From: Felis catus
Lineage: Eukaryota
NCBI RefSeq assembly: GCF_018350175.1
Contig: NC_058375.1
Coordinates: 2,046,001-2,110,000, forward strand
DNA length: 64,000 nucleotides
Reading direction: 5' to 3'
Shown here piece after piece: positions 16,048-29,543 of the stretch; the first letter of the stretch is position 1, and each line of letters starts with the position of its first letter. The translations under genes were made by a program, and so were the position numbers. The notes below the pieces were generated by a model. That model did no database searches, was not told the DNA's origin, and saw only the letters and a program-made list of their open reading frames with translations.

Positions 16048-17791
16048 CTGGAGAAAGACAGGCAGCCGGAGGGTGAAAGGGTGAGGCCAGGGTCCCAGGG
16101 TGAGCGCGGCCCCAAATCCTGTGGCCGAAGGACAGGTCTGGAGAGACCCAGCTGCAGCCCCAAAGCTCAACTCGGCTGGGCATCTCTGTGTCCCATGAGA
16201 GCTCAGAGCGGTGGACCCCCACCCAGTGTGTGATGCCGGGGACCGGCCTGAGGTCTCCCCGGATGTGCCCAGAGGGACTCTGACCGTACACCCGAGGCGG
16301 TCGCCCACGCGAGCCACGGTGCCCAGGTCGGCCGGGAGGGACTCATCTGTTAGGGTTCTGCCTACAGCCGGTCACAAGCGCCACTGCGCTCACCTTCCCC
16401 GGGCACCTGCACGGACACGCAGCCCGCTGGCGACCACAGGTACACCTTGCCGCCTCCCGTGCAGATGGCCAGCCGGGGCTGCTGCGGGTCCCACTGGAAG
16501 GAGCGCACGGGGGACAGCTGCTCCAGCACCACGAAGAGCCTCAGCTTCTGAATGTCCCAGATCCAGACGGCGTTCGGGACACTGTCTGGGGAGGGAAGAC
16601 GCAGACACCCTGCTTCAGTGTCCCCGCCTGAGATGCACGCTGGGGGGCAGGCCACGAGCCCCGTGGACGTGGCTGCTCCGGTGTCTACGAGCCAGACGGT
16701 CCCCCGCCCAGGCTTAGAGCCCACAAGGGCGGGTTTGGCGGTTTTTACAGCCCTCAAAACACGTGAACCCCCTTCCCGCACGAAACAGGCCGTGGCTGTG
16801 GTGGCGCCCAGACCCTGCTCTTCACCCGATGGCAAGCAGCGGACGGAGGCGCCAAGACACCGCGCCTCCGGAAGCTTCTGTGGGCACAGCGTCCCGGCAG
16901 GAGGACGCGACGTGCCGGAAGCCCGTCACCGGGGTTTCGCTCACCCGGTCTTCATGCCCGGGCACCGGAGGAAACGGGGAGGGGCACGACCCGCGAGCGC
17001 GGCCACTGACCGCTTCTCGTGGCCAGGAAGTAGCTGTCCGGGCTGAAGGCCAGCGCTCCGATGCCGATTTTCGGGTTCGCTCTGTCGGCAACAGGCTTCA
17101 GGGTCTGTAAGGAGACTGGCACGGAGGCGATCTCATCTAGAACACGGAAAGGGAGGGGACAGGAGCCGCTGGCCTCGTCCACTCAGTTCAGACGGAAGGA
17201 AAAGATGACTTCGCATTAACCCACGGAGGCAAGATTCTATGGAAACAGAGGCTTAAGGGGACCCGGCCACGGCGCTGGAGCCCGTGTTGCGGGTCAGCGC
17301 CCCAGGTGCCCCCGTGGCGGGGTCTGTGTAGCGGAGAGGCCACGTGAGAGTGGGCAGGGGTGTGGCAACTCTGTGCCTTCCCCTCAGTTTTGCCATACAC
17401 CTAAACTGCTCTAAAAAAGTCTTAAAAAAACAAAAAGCCATTATAAAACTCACGGCAAAAGGTGGTAAGGTGATGATGGAAGGCCAGGTGAGCGGGTGTG
17501 CTGGCTGTGTCCCTCCCCCCTCTCCTCCGTCCGGGGTGCTTACTGAGCGGGACTGGGCCGCGGACACCACACGACCCGGGGGCTGCTCCCCCACCTCCTG
17601 TACCTCGTTAGCCCACCGTACCGATGCCGGGACTGAGGCACAGGCCACCTGCCCAGGACCCGCGACCAGTTCCGCAGCCCCACCCCATCTGGCTCCTCCA
17701 AGGGCATCTTACTGCTCCTTAAAGAACCACCTGCAGGGTGTCGCCTGTCACACTGGGACCGCCAACCCTCCGGACGCGATGGAAACATCAT

Positions 17792-17823
<32 letters not shown>

Positions 17824-20800
17824 CAGGCGAGTCTAGTGACCCGCAGGTGGGAGGACGCAAGCCGGGAGGTGTCGCCGGCAAATGAGGGAGCACCCCCCAC
17901 CCTGCTGCTCACACTTGGTCTCCGCGGGGGAGGCCACGCCGGCCGCTGCTCTGGGCGGGGGGAAGGCCAGGCGGCCCGGCGCCAGCCGCGGAGTCTTCTC
18001 GGCTTCCTTGTACACAACCTGGAAGACACGACGGTCCTGCCACCACCACCGCTCGCACATGACACGCAGGAGCAGCGGTGGTGACGCACCGGGTAGTGGT
18101 GACGCTGGACCTCGACGTGAGGCGCTGCCGTTCCTGGTGACGGACACGGAGACGCAGGGGCGCCCGGCGTGGGTTCCACCCCAAGCCCCACCCCGAGCCC
18201 GCCCCTCGGGGGAGTGGCCTGTGCTGGCTGCGGGTTTGTACGCGCCCAACCGACCTCTGGCCAGTGAGGACACAAGCGTCTCAGTGGTGCCAAGTGACAG
18301 ACGCAGGTCCTGGGAACGAGGGGACATCTGTGTCCCGAAGCCTGATGGGCCCACGAGGCCGAGGCGGTGAGGCAGCCCGACTGCCCCCTGGCCTCGGAAC
18401 GAGCTCGAGCTGCAGGCCGGGAGGGCCGAGCAAACCCTTCGCGGCCCACGTGGTTGGCCTGCTCCGCCTCGGCCTCCCACAACCATGGATGGCTTCACCC
18501 GCCTGCACCTCCAGCCAGGTCCCACCTCAGGACCTCCGCCCCTGCCTCGCCGCCCCAGCCTCGCCTCCCCAGCTGTCCCCTCCCCCTCCCCTCCCTCTCT
18601 CCTCCCCTCCCCTTCCAAACGGCTACCTGCAGCCCTACTCCTGGTGGCCTCCCTCATATTTCCCACGTGTGGGACAGCTCCCCAAGCTTGGGGTCTGTCT
18701 GTCCCCTGCTAAAAAGGACACACATGCCCACCTCAGGCCCTTTGTACTTCCTGTTCTTGCTGCCAGAACTGCTCCTCCCTCCGACGCCGTATCACTTCTT
18801 CCTGGCCCCTGACCCCGTGACCGTCCCTGCCTGCCCCAGGGACACCTGCCCCCCACTTCTCAGGTCTGCTTCTCCAGCCCCAAACGCCCGGTGCTTGTGG
18901 GTGAGGGACCCTGGGTACTCTGCCGAGGGCAGGAACAGACCTGAGAGTGACCCATCTGGGGAGTGGGGAGGGCAGGGCAAGGACACCACTTCGGATCCTT
19001 TGGGAATTGGTCGAGTCGAACATTTGAAATGTTACCGTGACGGAAGTTTCTGGTGATGTGAGTACCGACATCATCATGAATAATGTAAAGTGAAAAAAGA
19101 CTTTTTCTACCTCCCTTCTCCAAATGTGGCTCACATAGAAACCTGCATTCCAGGGAGGGAGGAAGATGGCGGCGAAGGACGACGCTGGGCTCAGTGCGTC
19201 CTGCTGATCGCTTAGATTCCACCCACATCTGCCTAATTTACCCCAATGACCACGAGAAGACTAGCAGAACGGACTCTCCGGAGCCGAGCGCAGACGACAG
19301 GCCCACGGAAGAGGGTAGGAAGGGCGGAGGGGCGGTGCGCGCTCCACAGACTGGCGGGAGGGAGCTGGGGCGGTGGAGGGGCAGCCAGCATGCCCGGCCA
19401 GGCAGAGCCCCCGAGTCTGGCTGGCAAAAGCGGAGGGGCCGGACGGAGTGTATTCTGTCAGCCAGTGAGAAGTAACATCTGGAAGGTTATGAGCTAACAG
19501 CTCTGCTCGGAGAACGGGAGGGCCGGAGGACAACGGGAGGGAGCGTTGTTGAGCCCCGGAAGACAGAGCGCGGCTTGGCGGGGAACAAAGGCGCTGGGAA
19601 GCGCCTTCTCCCTCGCCCACCCCCCAGCCAAAATCCCAAAGGGAACCAGTTCCTGTCACGGAACTTGCTTGCACCGCGCAAACACCCAACGCTGTGCTTC
19701 TGCGGATCCATCCCTCCGACGGTCGGCCTCCCTCCCAGTGCCGCAGGGCTCCTCCTGAAGCGGATCGCCGAAGGAAAAGCGAGCTGAGCCTGCTCCTCCC
19801 ACCCCCGTGCACCTTGCGGATCCACCCCAGCTAATACGCCAGATCCCATCGAAGCAGCACCACCAGCCTGGCAGTGTGCACGTAGCCCAGACAGGGGCCA
19901 CACCACTCCACAGGGAGTCCTGCCCCTGGGAGAGGGGAAGATAAGGTACCCACCAGTCTGACTGTGGCCCCAGCGGTGGGCTGGGGACAGACAGCAGCTC
20001 TGACTGCGGCCCCGCCCACCAACGCAAGTTACTCCAGACAGCACGGGGGAAGTGCCCTGCAGTTCCGTGCCACCCCAGGGACGATCCACAATAACGAAAC
20101 GGAGGAATTCTCCTCAAAAGAAACTCCAGGAAATAGCGACAGCTAACGAACGGATCAAAAACGATTTAAGCAATACAGCAGAAAATGAATTTAAAATAAT
20201 AGTCATAAAATTAATCGCTGGGCTTGAAAACAGTATAGAGGACAGCAGAGAATCTCTTGCTACAGAGATCAAGGGACTAAGGAACAGTCAGGAGGAGCTA
20301 AAAATGCTATAAATGAGCTGCAAAATAAAATGGAGGTGACCACAGCTCGGATTGAAGAGGCAGAGGAGAGAACAGGTGAATTGGAAGATAAACTTATGGA
20401 AAAAGAGGAAGCTGAGAAAAAGAGAGATAAAAAAAATCCAGGAGGATGAGGGGAGACTTCGAGAACTAAGTGACACAATTAAACGTAATAACATATGCAT
20501 AATTGGGATTCCAGAGGAGGAAGAGAGAGGGAAAGGTGCTGAAGACGTACTTGAAGAAATCATAGCTGAGAACTTCCCTGATCTGGGGAAGGAAAAAGGC
20601 ACTGAAATCCAAGAGGCACAGAGAACTCCCTTCAGACGTAACTTGAATCGATCTTCTGCACAACATATCATAGTGAAACTGGCAAAATACAAGGACAAAG
20701 AGAGAATTCTGAAAGCAGGTAGGGATAAACGGGCCTTAACATACAAAGGTAGACACATAAGGGTAGTAGCAGACCTATCTACTGAAACTTGGCAGGCCAG

Positions 20801-23800
20801 ACAGGAATGGCAGGAAATCTTCGATGTGATGAACAGGAAAAATAATGCAGCCAAGAATCCTTTACCCAGCAAGTCTGTCATTCAAAATAGAAGGAGAAAT
20901 AAAGGTTTTCTCAAACAAACAAAAACTGAAGGAATTCATCATCACTAAACGAGCCCTACAAGAGATCCTAAGGGGAACTCTGTGAATGAAATGTTGCAAG
21001 GACCACAAAGGACCAGAGACACCACTACAAGCATGAAATCTATAGATAACATAATAACTCTAAACCCATATCTTTCAATAATAACACTGAATGTAAATGG
21101 ACTAAATACGCCAATCAAAAGACATAGGGTATCAGAATGGATAAAAAAAAACAAGACCAGGGGCGCCTGGGTGGCACAGTCGGTTAAGCGTCCGACTTCA
21201 GCCAGGTCACGATCTCGCGGTCCGTGAGTTCGGGCCCCGCGTCAGGCTCTGGGCTGATGGCTCGGAGCCTGGAGCCTGTTTCCGATTCTGTGTCTCCCTC
21301 TCTCTCTGCCCCTCCCCCCGTTCATGCTCTGTCTCTCTCTGTCCCAAAAATAAATGAAAACGTTGAAAAAAAAATTTAAAAAAAAAAAAAAAAAACAAGA
21401 CCCATCTATTTGCTGTCTACAAGAGACTCATTTTAGACCCGAGGACACCTTCAGATTGAAAGTGAGGGGATGGAGAACTATCTATCATGCTACTGGAAGT
21501 CAAAAGAAAGCTGGAGTAGCCCTACTTATATCAGACAAACTAGACTTCAAATTAAAGGCTGTAACAAGAGATGAAGAAGGGCATTATATAATCATTATAG
21601 GGTCTATCCATCAGGAAGAGCTAACAATTATAAATGTCTATGCACTGAATACGGGAGCCCCCAAATATATAAAACAATCACAAACATAAGCAACCTTATT
21701 GATAAGGATGTGGTAATTGCAGGGGACTTTAATACTCCATTTACAACGTTGGACAGATCATCTAGACACAGGATCAACAAAAAAACAAAGGCCCTGAATG
21801 ATACACTGGATCAGATGGACTTGACAGATACATTTAGAACTCTGCATCCCAAAGCAACAGAATATACTTTCTTCTCAAGTGCACATGGAACCTTCTCCAA
21901 GATAGATCACATACTGGGTTACAAAACAGCCCTTCATAAGTATACAAGAATTGAGATCATACCATGCATACTTTCAGACCACAATGCTCTGAAGCTTGAA
22001 ATTAACAACAGGAAAACATCTGGAAAACCTCCAAAAGCATTGAGGTTAAAGAACACCCTACTAAAGAATGAATGGGTCAACCAGGCAATTAGAGAAGAAA
22101 TTAAAAAATATATGGAAACAAATGAAAATGAAAATACAACAATCCAAACACTTTGGGATGCAGCAAAGGTAGTCCTGAGAGGAAAATACATTGCAATCCA
22201 GGCCTATCTCAAGAAACAAAAATCCCAAATACAAAATCTAACAGCACACCTAAAGGAAATAGAAGCAGAACAGCAAAGACACCCCAAATCCAGCAGAAGA
22301 AGGGAAATAATAAAGATCAGAGCAGAAATAAACAAGATAGAATCTAAAAAAACTGTAGAGCAGATCAATGAAACCAAGAGTTGGTTTTTTGAAAAAATAA
22401 ACAAAATTGATAAACCTCTAGCCAGGCTTCTCAAAAAGAAAAGGGAGATGACCCAAATAGATAAAATCATGAATGAAAATGGAATTATTACAACCAATCC
22501 CTCAGAAATACAAGCAATTATCAGGGAATATTATGAAAAATTACATGCCAACAAACTGGACAACCTGGGAGAAATGGACACATTCCTAAACACGCACACA
22601 CTTCCAAAACTCAAACAGGAAGAAATAGAAAGCTTGAACAGACCCATAAGCAGCGAAGAAATTGAATCAGTTATCCAAAATCTCCCAACAAATAACAGTC
22701 CAGGACCAGATGGCTTCCCAGGGGAATTCTACCAGACATTTAAAGCAGAGATAATACCTATCCTTCTCAAGCTATTCCAAAAAATAGAAAGGGAAGGAAA
22801 ACTTCCAGACTCATTCTATGAAGCCAGCATTACTTTGATTCCTAAACCAGACAGAGACCCAGTAAAAAAAGAGAACTACAGGCCAATATCCCTGATGAAT
22901 ATGGATGCAAAAATTCTCAATAAGATACTAGCAAATTGAATTCAAAAGCAAATAAAAAGAATTATTCACCATGATCAAGTGGGCTGCAGGGCTGGTTCAA
23001 CATTTGCAAATCAATCAATGTGATACATCACATTAATAAAAGAAAAGATAAGAACCATAAGATCCTGTCAATCGATGCAGAAAAAGCATTTGACAAAATT
23101 CAGCAACACTTCTTAATAAAAACCCTGGAGAAAGTCGGGATAGAAGGAACATACTTAAACATCATAAAAGCCATTTATGAAAAGCCCACAGCTAACATCA
23201 TCCTCAACGGGGAAAAACTGAGAGCTTTTTCCCTGAGATCAGGAACACGACAGGGATGTCCACTCTCACCACTGTTGTTTAACACAGTGTTGGAAGTGCT
23301 AGCATCAGCAATCAGACAACAAAAGGAAATCAAAGGCATCAAAATTGGCAAAGATGAAGTCAAGCTTTCACTCTTTGCAGATGACATATTGTACATGGAA
23401 AACCTGACAGACTCCACCAAAAGTCTGCTACAACTGATACATGAATTCAGCAAAGTTGCAGGATACAAAATCAATGTACAGAAATCAGTTGCATTCTTAT
23501 ACACTAACAATGAAGCAACAGAAAGACAAATAAAGAAACTGATCCCATTCACAATTGCACCAAGAAGCATAAAATACCTAGGAATAAACCTAACCAAAGA
23601 TGTAAAAGATCTGTATGCTGAAAACTACAGAAACCTTATGAAGGAAATTGAAGAAGTTACAAAGAAATGGAAAAACATTCCGTGCTCATGGACTGAAAGA
23701 ATAAATATTGTTAAAATGTCAATACTACCCAAAGCCATCTACACATTCAATGCAAACCCAATCAAAATTGCACCAGCATTCTTCTTGAAGCTACAACAAG

Positions 23801-26800
23801 CAATCCTAAAATTTGTATGGAACCACAAAAGACCCCAAATAAGGCAAAGTAATACTGAAGAAGAAAATCAAAGCAGGAGGCATCACAATCCCAGACTTTA
23901 GCCTCTGTTACAAAGCTGTAATCATCAGGACAGCATGGTATTGGCACAAAAACAGACACATAGGGGCGCCTGGGTGGCTCAGTCAGTTGAGCGTCCGACT
24001 TCGGCTCAGGTCATGATCTCGCGGTCTGTGAACCCAAGCCCCGCGTCGGGCTCTGTGCTGACAGCTCGGAGCCTGGAGCCTNNNNNNNNNNNNNNNNNNN
24101 NNNNNNNNNNNNNNNNNNNNNNNNNNNNNNNNNNNNNNNNNNNNNNNNNNNNNNNNNNNNNNNNNNNNNNNNNNNNNNNNNNNNNNNNNNNNNNNNNNNN
24201 NNNNNNNNNNNNNNNNNNNNNNNNNNCCCCAAAAATATGGCCAACTAATCTTTGACAAAGCAGGAAAGAATATCCAATGGAAAAAAGACAGTCTCTTTAA
24301 CAAATGGTGCTGGGAGAACTGGACAGCAACATGCAGAAGGATGAAACTAGACCACTTTCTCACACCATTCACAAAAACAAACTCAAAATGGATGAAGGAC
24401 CTAAATGTGAGACAGGAAACCATCAAAACCCTAGAGGAGAAAGCAGGGAAAAACCTCTCTGATTTCAGCCGCAGCAATTTCTTACTTGACACATCCCCAA
24501 AGGCAAGGGAATTAAAAGCAAAAACGAACTACTGGGACCTCATAAAGATAAAAAGCTTCTGCACAGCAAAGGAAACAATCAACAAAACTAAAAGGCAACC
24601 AACGGAATGGGAAAAGATATTTGCAAATGACACATTGGACAAAGGGCTAGTATCCAAATCTATAAAGAACTCACCAAACTCCACACCCGAAAAACAAATA
24701 ATCCAGTGAAGANNNNNNNNNNNNNNNNNNNNNNNNNNNNNNNNNNNNNNNNNNNNNNNNNNNNNNNNNNNNNNNNNNNNNNNNNNNNNNNNNNNNNNNN
24801 NNNNNNNNNNNNNNNNNNNNNNNNNNNNNNNNNNNNNNNNNNCACGCCGGTCAGAGTGGCTAAAAGGAACAAATCAGGAGACTATAGATGCTGGAGAGGA
24901 TGTGGAGAAACGGGAACCCTCTTGCACTGTTGGTGGGAATGCAAACTGGTGCAGCCGCTCTGGAAAACAGTGTGGAGGTTCCTCAGAAAATTAAAAATAG
25001 ACCTACCCTATGACCCAGCAATAGCACTGCTAGGAATTTACCCAAGGGATCCAGGAGTGCTGATGCAGAGGGGCACTTGTGCCCCAATGCTTATAGCAGC
25101 ACTTTCAACAATAGCCAAATTATGGACAGAGCCTAAATGTCCATCAACTGATGAATGGATAAAGAAGATGTGGTTTATATATACAATGAAATACTACGTG
25201 GCAATGAGAAAGAATGAAATCTGGCCCTTTGTAGCAACGTGGATGGAACTGGAGAGTGTGATGCTAAGTGAAATAAGCCATACAGAGAAAGACAGATACC
25301 GTATGTTTTCACTCTTATGTGGATCCTGAGAAACTTAACAGAAGACCAGGGGGGAGAAGAAGGGGAAAAATGGTTAGAGAGGGAGGGAGCCAAAACATAA
25401 GAGACTCCTAAAAGCTGAGAACAAACTGAGGGTTTATGGGGGGTGGGAGGGAGGGGAAAGTGGGTGATGGGCACTGAGGAGGGCACCTATTGGGATGAGC
25501 CCTGGGTGTTGTATGGAAAGCAAGTTGACAATAAATTTCATTAAAAAAGAAGGGGAGGGGAGGGGAGGGAAGGGAAGGGAAGGGAGATGCATTCCAGACT
25601 TACTATTTTGGGATTGTTAATGGTGGCTGGGTGCCCGAACTCTGTGATCATTTTCCAAGTCACGTGATTAAGGATGCGCACCTGAGGGGAGAGTGCGCGT
25701 GAGGGCCCCTGGCGGGCGCCGTGCCCACAGCATCTCCACGTGTGCTACTCGGTCTCACCTTCCCGTCATAGCTTCCGATGGCCAGGAACTGACTGCTGGG
25801 GCTCCAGGCCACAGACTTGACGCCCAGGGACCACTCGTAGGCACAGTACGCGGACAAGAGACGGCCGTCCAAGGAGTAGAGCAGGACCTTGTACTGCGGG
25901 AGACAGTGCAGATGTTGACGCTCACCCTGACCGGAGCATGGGGGGGGGGGGGTGGAATGGGGACACAGCCGATGGCCAGCGGGAGGTCAGAAGGAAGACC
26001 GGTGGAGCGGGACAGGCCCTCCCGCAGAGGGGACAGTGGGGACCTTGGCCGCAAACGTAAGGACTCGCTGGTCAAAGGGCTGGGCTTGGCCTCGGAGCCT
26101 GGTGAGCCGACCGAGCCTCCACATTCAGAAAGCGTCAGGTAAACACAGGTCAAAGCACCCCAACACACAGGGTCTGCCTGGTCACCCTGCATACCTCCAG
26201 GCAGGTGTCCCACACTGCCAGCACACAGCCGTTTGGGGCCCACTCGATCCCTGCGAGGTCCTGGGTCTCTGTGTCAAAGTGCTTCCAAAGCAAGACAGGG
26301 AAACATTAAATTCTTAAGTGTTTTTTTGAACAAATACACATTTTATCACTGACGTTGGGAACACGTTTCGTATTTAATTCCTTGTACAGAAATGGACAAT
26401 GTCTCCAGCCCTGTCCTTCCGTCGTTAAAATCCTGCCTGAGCACTCAGGAGGCCCCAGGCGGGCCCAGGCGGAGGCCACCGGGCAGGACAGTGCCCAGCA
26501 CCGCTGGCTGTGAAGCAGCTCCTGCGGCCTGGCACCGCCCCCCCACTCCCTCCCCCTTCCCGCCTGGCTCGGCCTCACTCCTGGAAGATCAGCTCGGCGA
26601 GATCCCGCCAGGACACCCCGTGCCCGGGTCGATGGGGCCACCTCCGTGCTCTGGCAGGAGGGGCACTGCCAGTCCGAAGGCCTCTCCGCACCCACCCGGC
26701 CCGTGGAGCTGAGCCCGGCCAGGGGAGGAGGGCCCCGCGCACCCGGCCGGGGCCCCTGGAGGCTGGCCCAGAGCAGACCCTCCAGGGGCAGCAGCCCCTG

Positions 26801-29502
26801 GGCGAACCGCACGGCCCTAACAAGAGGACAGCGGCTCACGCCGATGGCCTGTGGCCGCCCCGCTCACGGGCAGCACCTCCCCCCCACCCCCCCCCCGGGG
26901 CGTGCCCTCCGGTGACCCGCCCACCACGAGATGGCGCTGCCGCGACCCCTCCCAAAGGTGCCCGGGGCCTCGGAGACGCCAGGCGTCAGCCGCCCCCGCC
27001 CCGCGGCCGGCAGCGCACCCCCTACCCGCAGGAGCTGCCAGTCGCTGCAGACGAAGACGCTCACGTGGTCCTGGCAGTCGCGCCGCTCCGCCAGCGCCAT
27101 GTAGCGGCCGTCCCGGGTAAAGGAGACCCCTGGCGGGAGGACAGGGACACCCCGCTGCAGCCCCAGGGAGCGGTGAGAAACCAGAAGCAGGGGTCACGGG
27201 GAGGGACGGGCGCCCGCAGCCAGACGGCGGGGCGGAGGGCGAGACCGCGGCCTCGGTGCAGTAGGCTCCAGGCACCCCCCGACCCCCGACCGGCAAGGGA
27301 TCTGACGGAAAACCGCAGGAACCGGGCCCCCGAAGAACCACAAAGTGTCACTGAAAATGCAGCTCCTGACGGATCGTCGTTTTTGGAGCACAAATCGTAG
27401 GGAGCTCAGCCAGCTTGTCAGCTTCTCATCACACCCAGTTTTACTTTTTTAAAAGAATATCTTATTTACTTTTGAGACCGAGAGAAAGCAACAGCTGGGG
27501 GGGGGGGGGCGGTGGCAGAGAGAGAGGGAGACCGGAACCGAAGCGGGCTCCGCCCCGACAGCACAGAGACCGACGTGGGGCTTGAACCTGGGAGCGCAGA
27601 GATCAGGAGCTGAGCCCAAGGCCGACCCTCAGCCGGCCGACTGAGCCACGCAGGCGCCCCAACTTCCTACGTGTACTTTTGAATTACTCAGGAGAAGAAA
27701 ACGTAAGGTCAGAGTTTAGAAATAAGCTTTGGTTGAAAATGTGAAACCGTATTTTCCCTTCTGTGTTAGTCACAAGGCCCCAGGCCCCAGCTCACACTTC
27801 GTGAGCCACAAGAACACACAAGGCGCTGCTGTCTGCACCCATCACGGCAACTTCACGATTCAGGGATGGGCACCCCACTCGCTCTCCGCGGTCCAACCGA
27901 GTCCCGCAGTGGCCGGCTGGGTGGGGTGGCCGCCCTCTCCCCGGCACAGAGACCACAGAGCTGGCCAACAGAAGTCTGGAGGTTTGAAGTGCAGAACGGG
28001 GGGGGGGGGGGGGGGGGCAGGTCCTGGGACACACATCAACCAAAGGGACCTGATCCCCAGTCCTACGACAGGAAGGGAACCGCACGTAAAGCCTACTTCT
28101 CCGAGGTCCTTTAAACCACTGTGGTTCTATCTTGAAAGGGGAGCCCTTGTCCTCGGGAGACACACACGGAACTATTCACAGAGAAGCATCAGCAGGTCTG
28201 GGGCGTAGAGAAAGAAGCTGGCCACACGCTGGTAAGCCGCTGAGACTACTGTGCCCGTAAATTTTCTGTGTTAAAAAAGTGTCCCTCTCCCCCCGCCCCC
28301 CGCCCCCGCCCCCGGGCCCTGAACAAAAACAACAAAGAAACAGCTTTCAAATCAGCTTCGGCAGACTCACCCTGCTGACAGGCTTTGGGGTATTTGATGT
28401 AAGACACGGACTTTGTGCACAAGGACCAGACAGTTATCCGCAGCTGTCGAGGAGAAGGGGAAAGAGAAACGGTGCACGTTTAGCAGCTGGGAAGACGGCG
28501 GTTAAGTCATAGACAGGCATCAGTGACCCAGTAAGAGGTTTACTGCAGAATTGAGAACAGCAGTTGCTCCTGGGTGTCCCCCCCCCCCACCCCAGTCTCC
28601 CGTCCTTTAATTTCATGCTCCTGGTGTTTGGTTTTCTTTTTGTAACAGTATGGCATGAGCGGCACAAAGTCGAATATAAGTGCATTTAGTTTAAAATTTC
28701 AGAGTAACTGCGGTTTTCCTCTCCTAACAAACATGCAGACGCCGGCAGGCAAGCTGTCCAGGATGCTGGGTGTCCTGGGGACTGAGCGAGGTCAACCTGC
28801 TTGGTCCTCTGCCTCAGCAGACTCGTGAGCAGGAGGTGGGGGCAGAAGGGCCCGTGCGGTGGCCTCGCTGCACGGCTGCTTCCCCACAGGGTTTCTGGGG
28901 GTGACCGCTCTGTCAGCCGGCCGTCCCCTCCTCTCCCGCCCGCGTGCCTGGCGGGGTGGTCACAGACACCCGTCCCCAGAAAAAGCCCACAGTATAGCTT
29001 TTAAGCGTTCAAACACCCATCTACATTTACATCTAACATTGAGGTTCTATGACCCCCTAGATCCCATTAGAGTTTAAAAGGGAATAACCAGAATTTCTTA
29101 ACCCCGATTCCTAGTTTTGTTTCTAAAAACTGTCTCCGTGCCCTTCCCGTTGGCTGACGTGGCAGTTCACTACTTGACGAGCGTCCAACAGCTGACTCTG
29201 AACGAGGACAACGCTGGAAAACACACTGACCTGGTTTCCAGATTTACTGTGAAGTACAATAATCAGAGAGTATGCTGTTCGCACAAAGCAAGGCTAATAG
29301 GTCAATGGAACAAGACAGAATCCGGAAACAGACCTGCACACACACAGGCAACGGGTTTTTGACAGAAGCGCGAGTGGAAAAGATCTAAACTCAAAATAGG
29401 TCCTATGTCTACACTTAGGAGCCCAAACCATAAAACTTGTAGAAGAAAACAGAATAAACTCTTTTTGGATCTTGGGTTGGGTGGGGATTTCTTTAGATGC
29501 AC

Positions 29503-29543
<41 letters not shown>

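Larger units (their letters stand above)
21054..25329 (+). pseudogene. L1 ORF2 remnant (endonuclease/reverse transcriptase) disrupted by two SINEs, a stop, frameshifts and gaps
   Basis: [43 protein letters not shown] and FADD motifs spread across several ORF-track frames; stop at 22937-22939. Confidence 0.93.
19153..25587 (+). mobile_element. Full-length carnivore/felid LINE-1, inactivated, antisense within WRAP73 intron 8
   Basis: 5' end gggaggaagatggcggcg, CpG-rich 5' UTR, ORF1 remnant, ORF2 remnant (EN, RT with QGCPLSP and FADD, C-terminal HCWWEC), 3' UTR, AATAAA 25530-25535, A/purine tail; TGCATTCCAG repeated at 19144-19153 and 25588-25597 (residual TSD). Confidence 0.97.

Noticed and set aside
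21710-23901. 409-aa and 293-aa RT/endonuclease ORFs as a functional or domesticated gene
   Set aside because: Fragments of a disrupted L1 ORF2 with a stop, frameshifts and SINE insertions.
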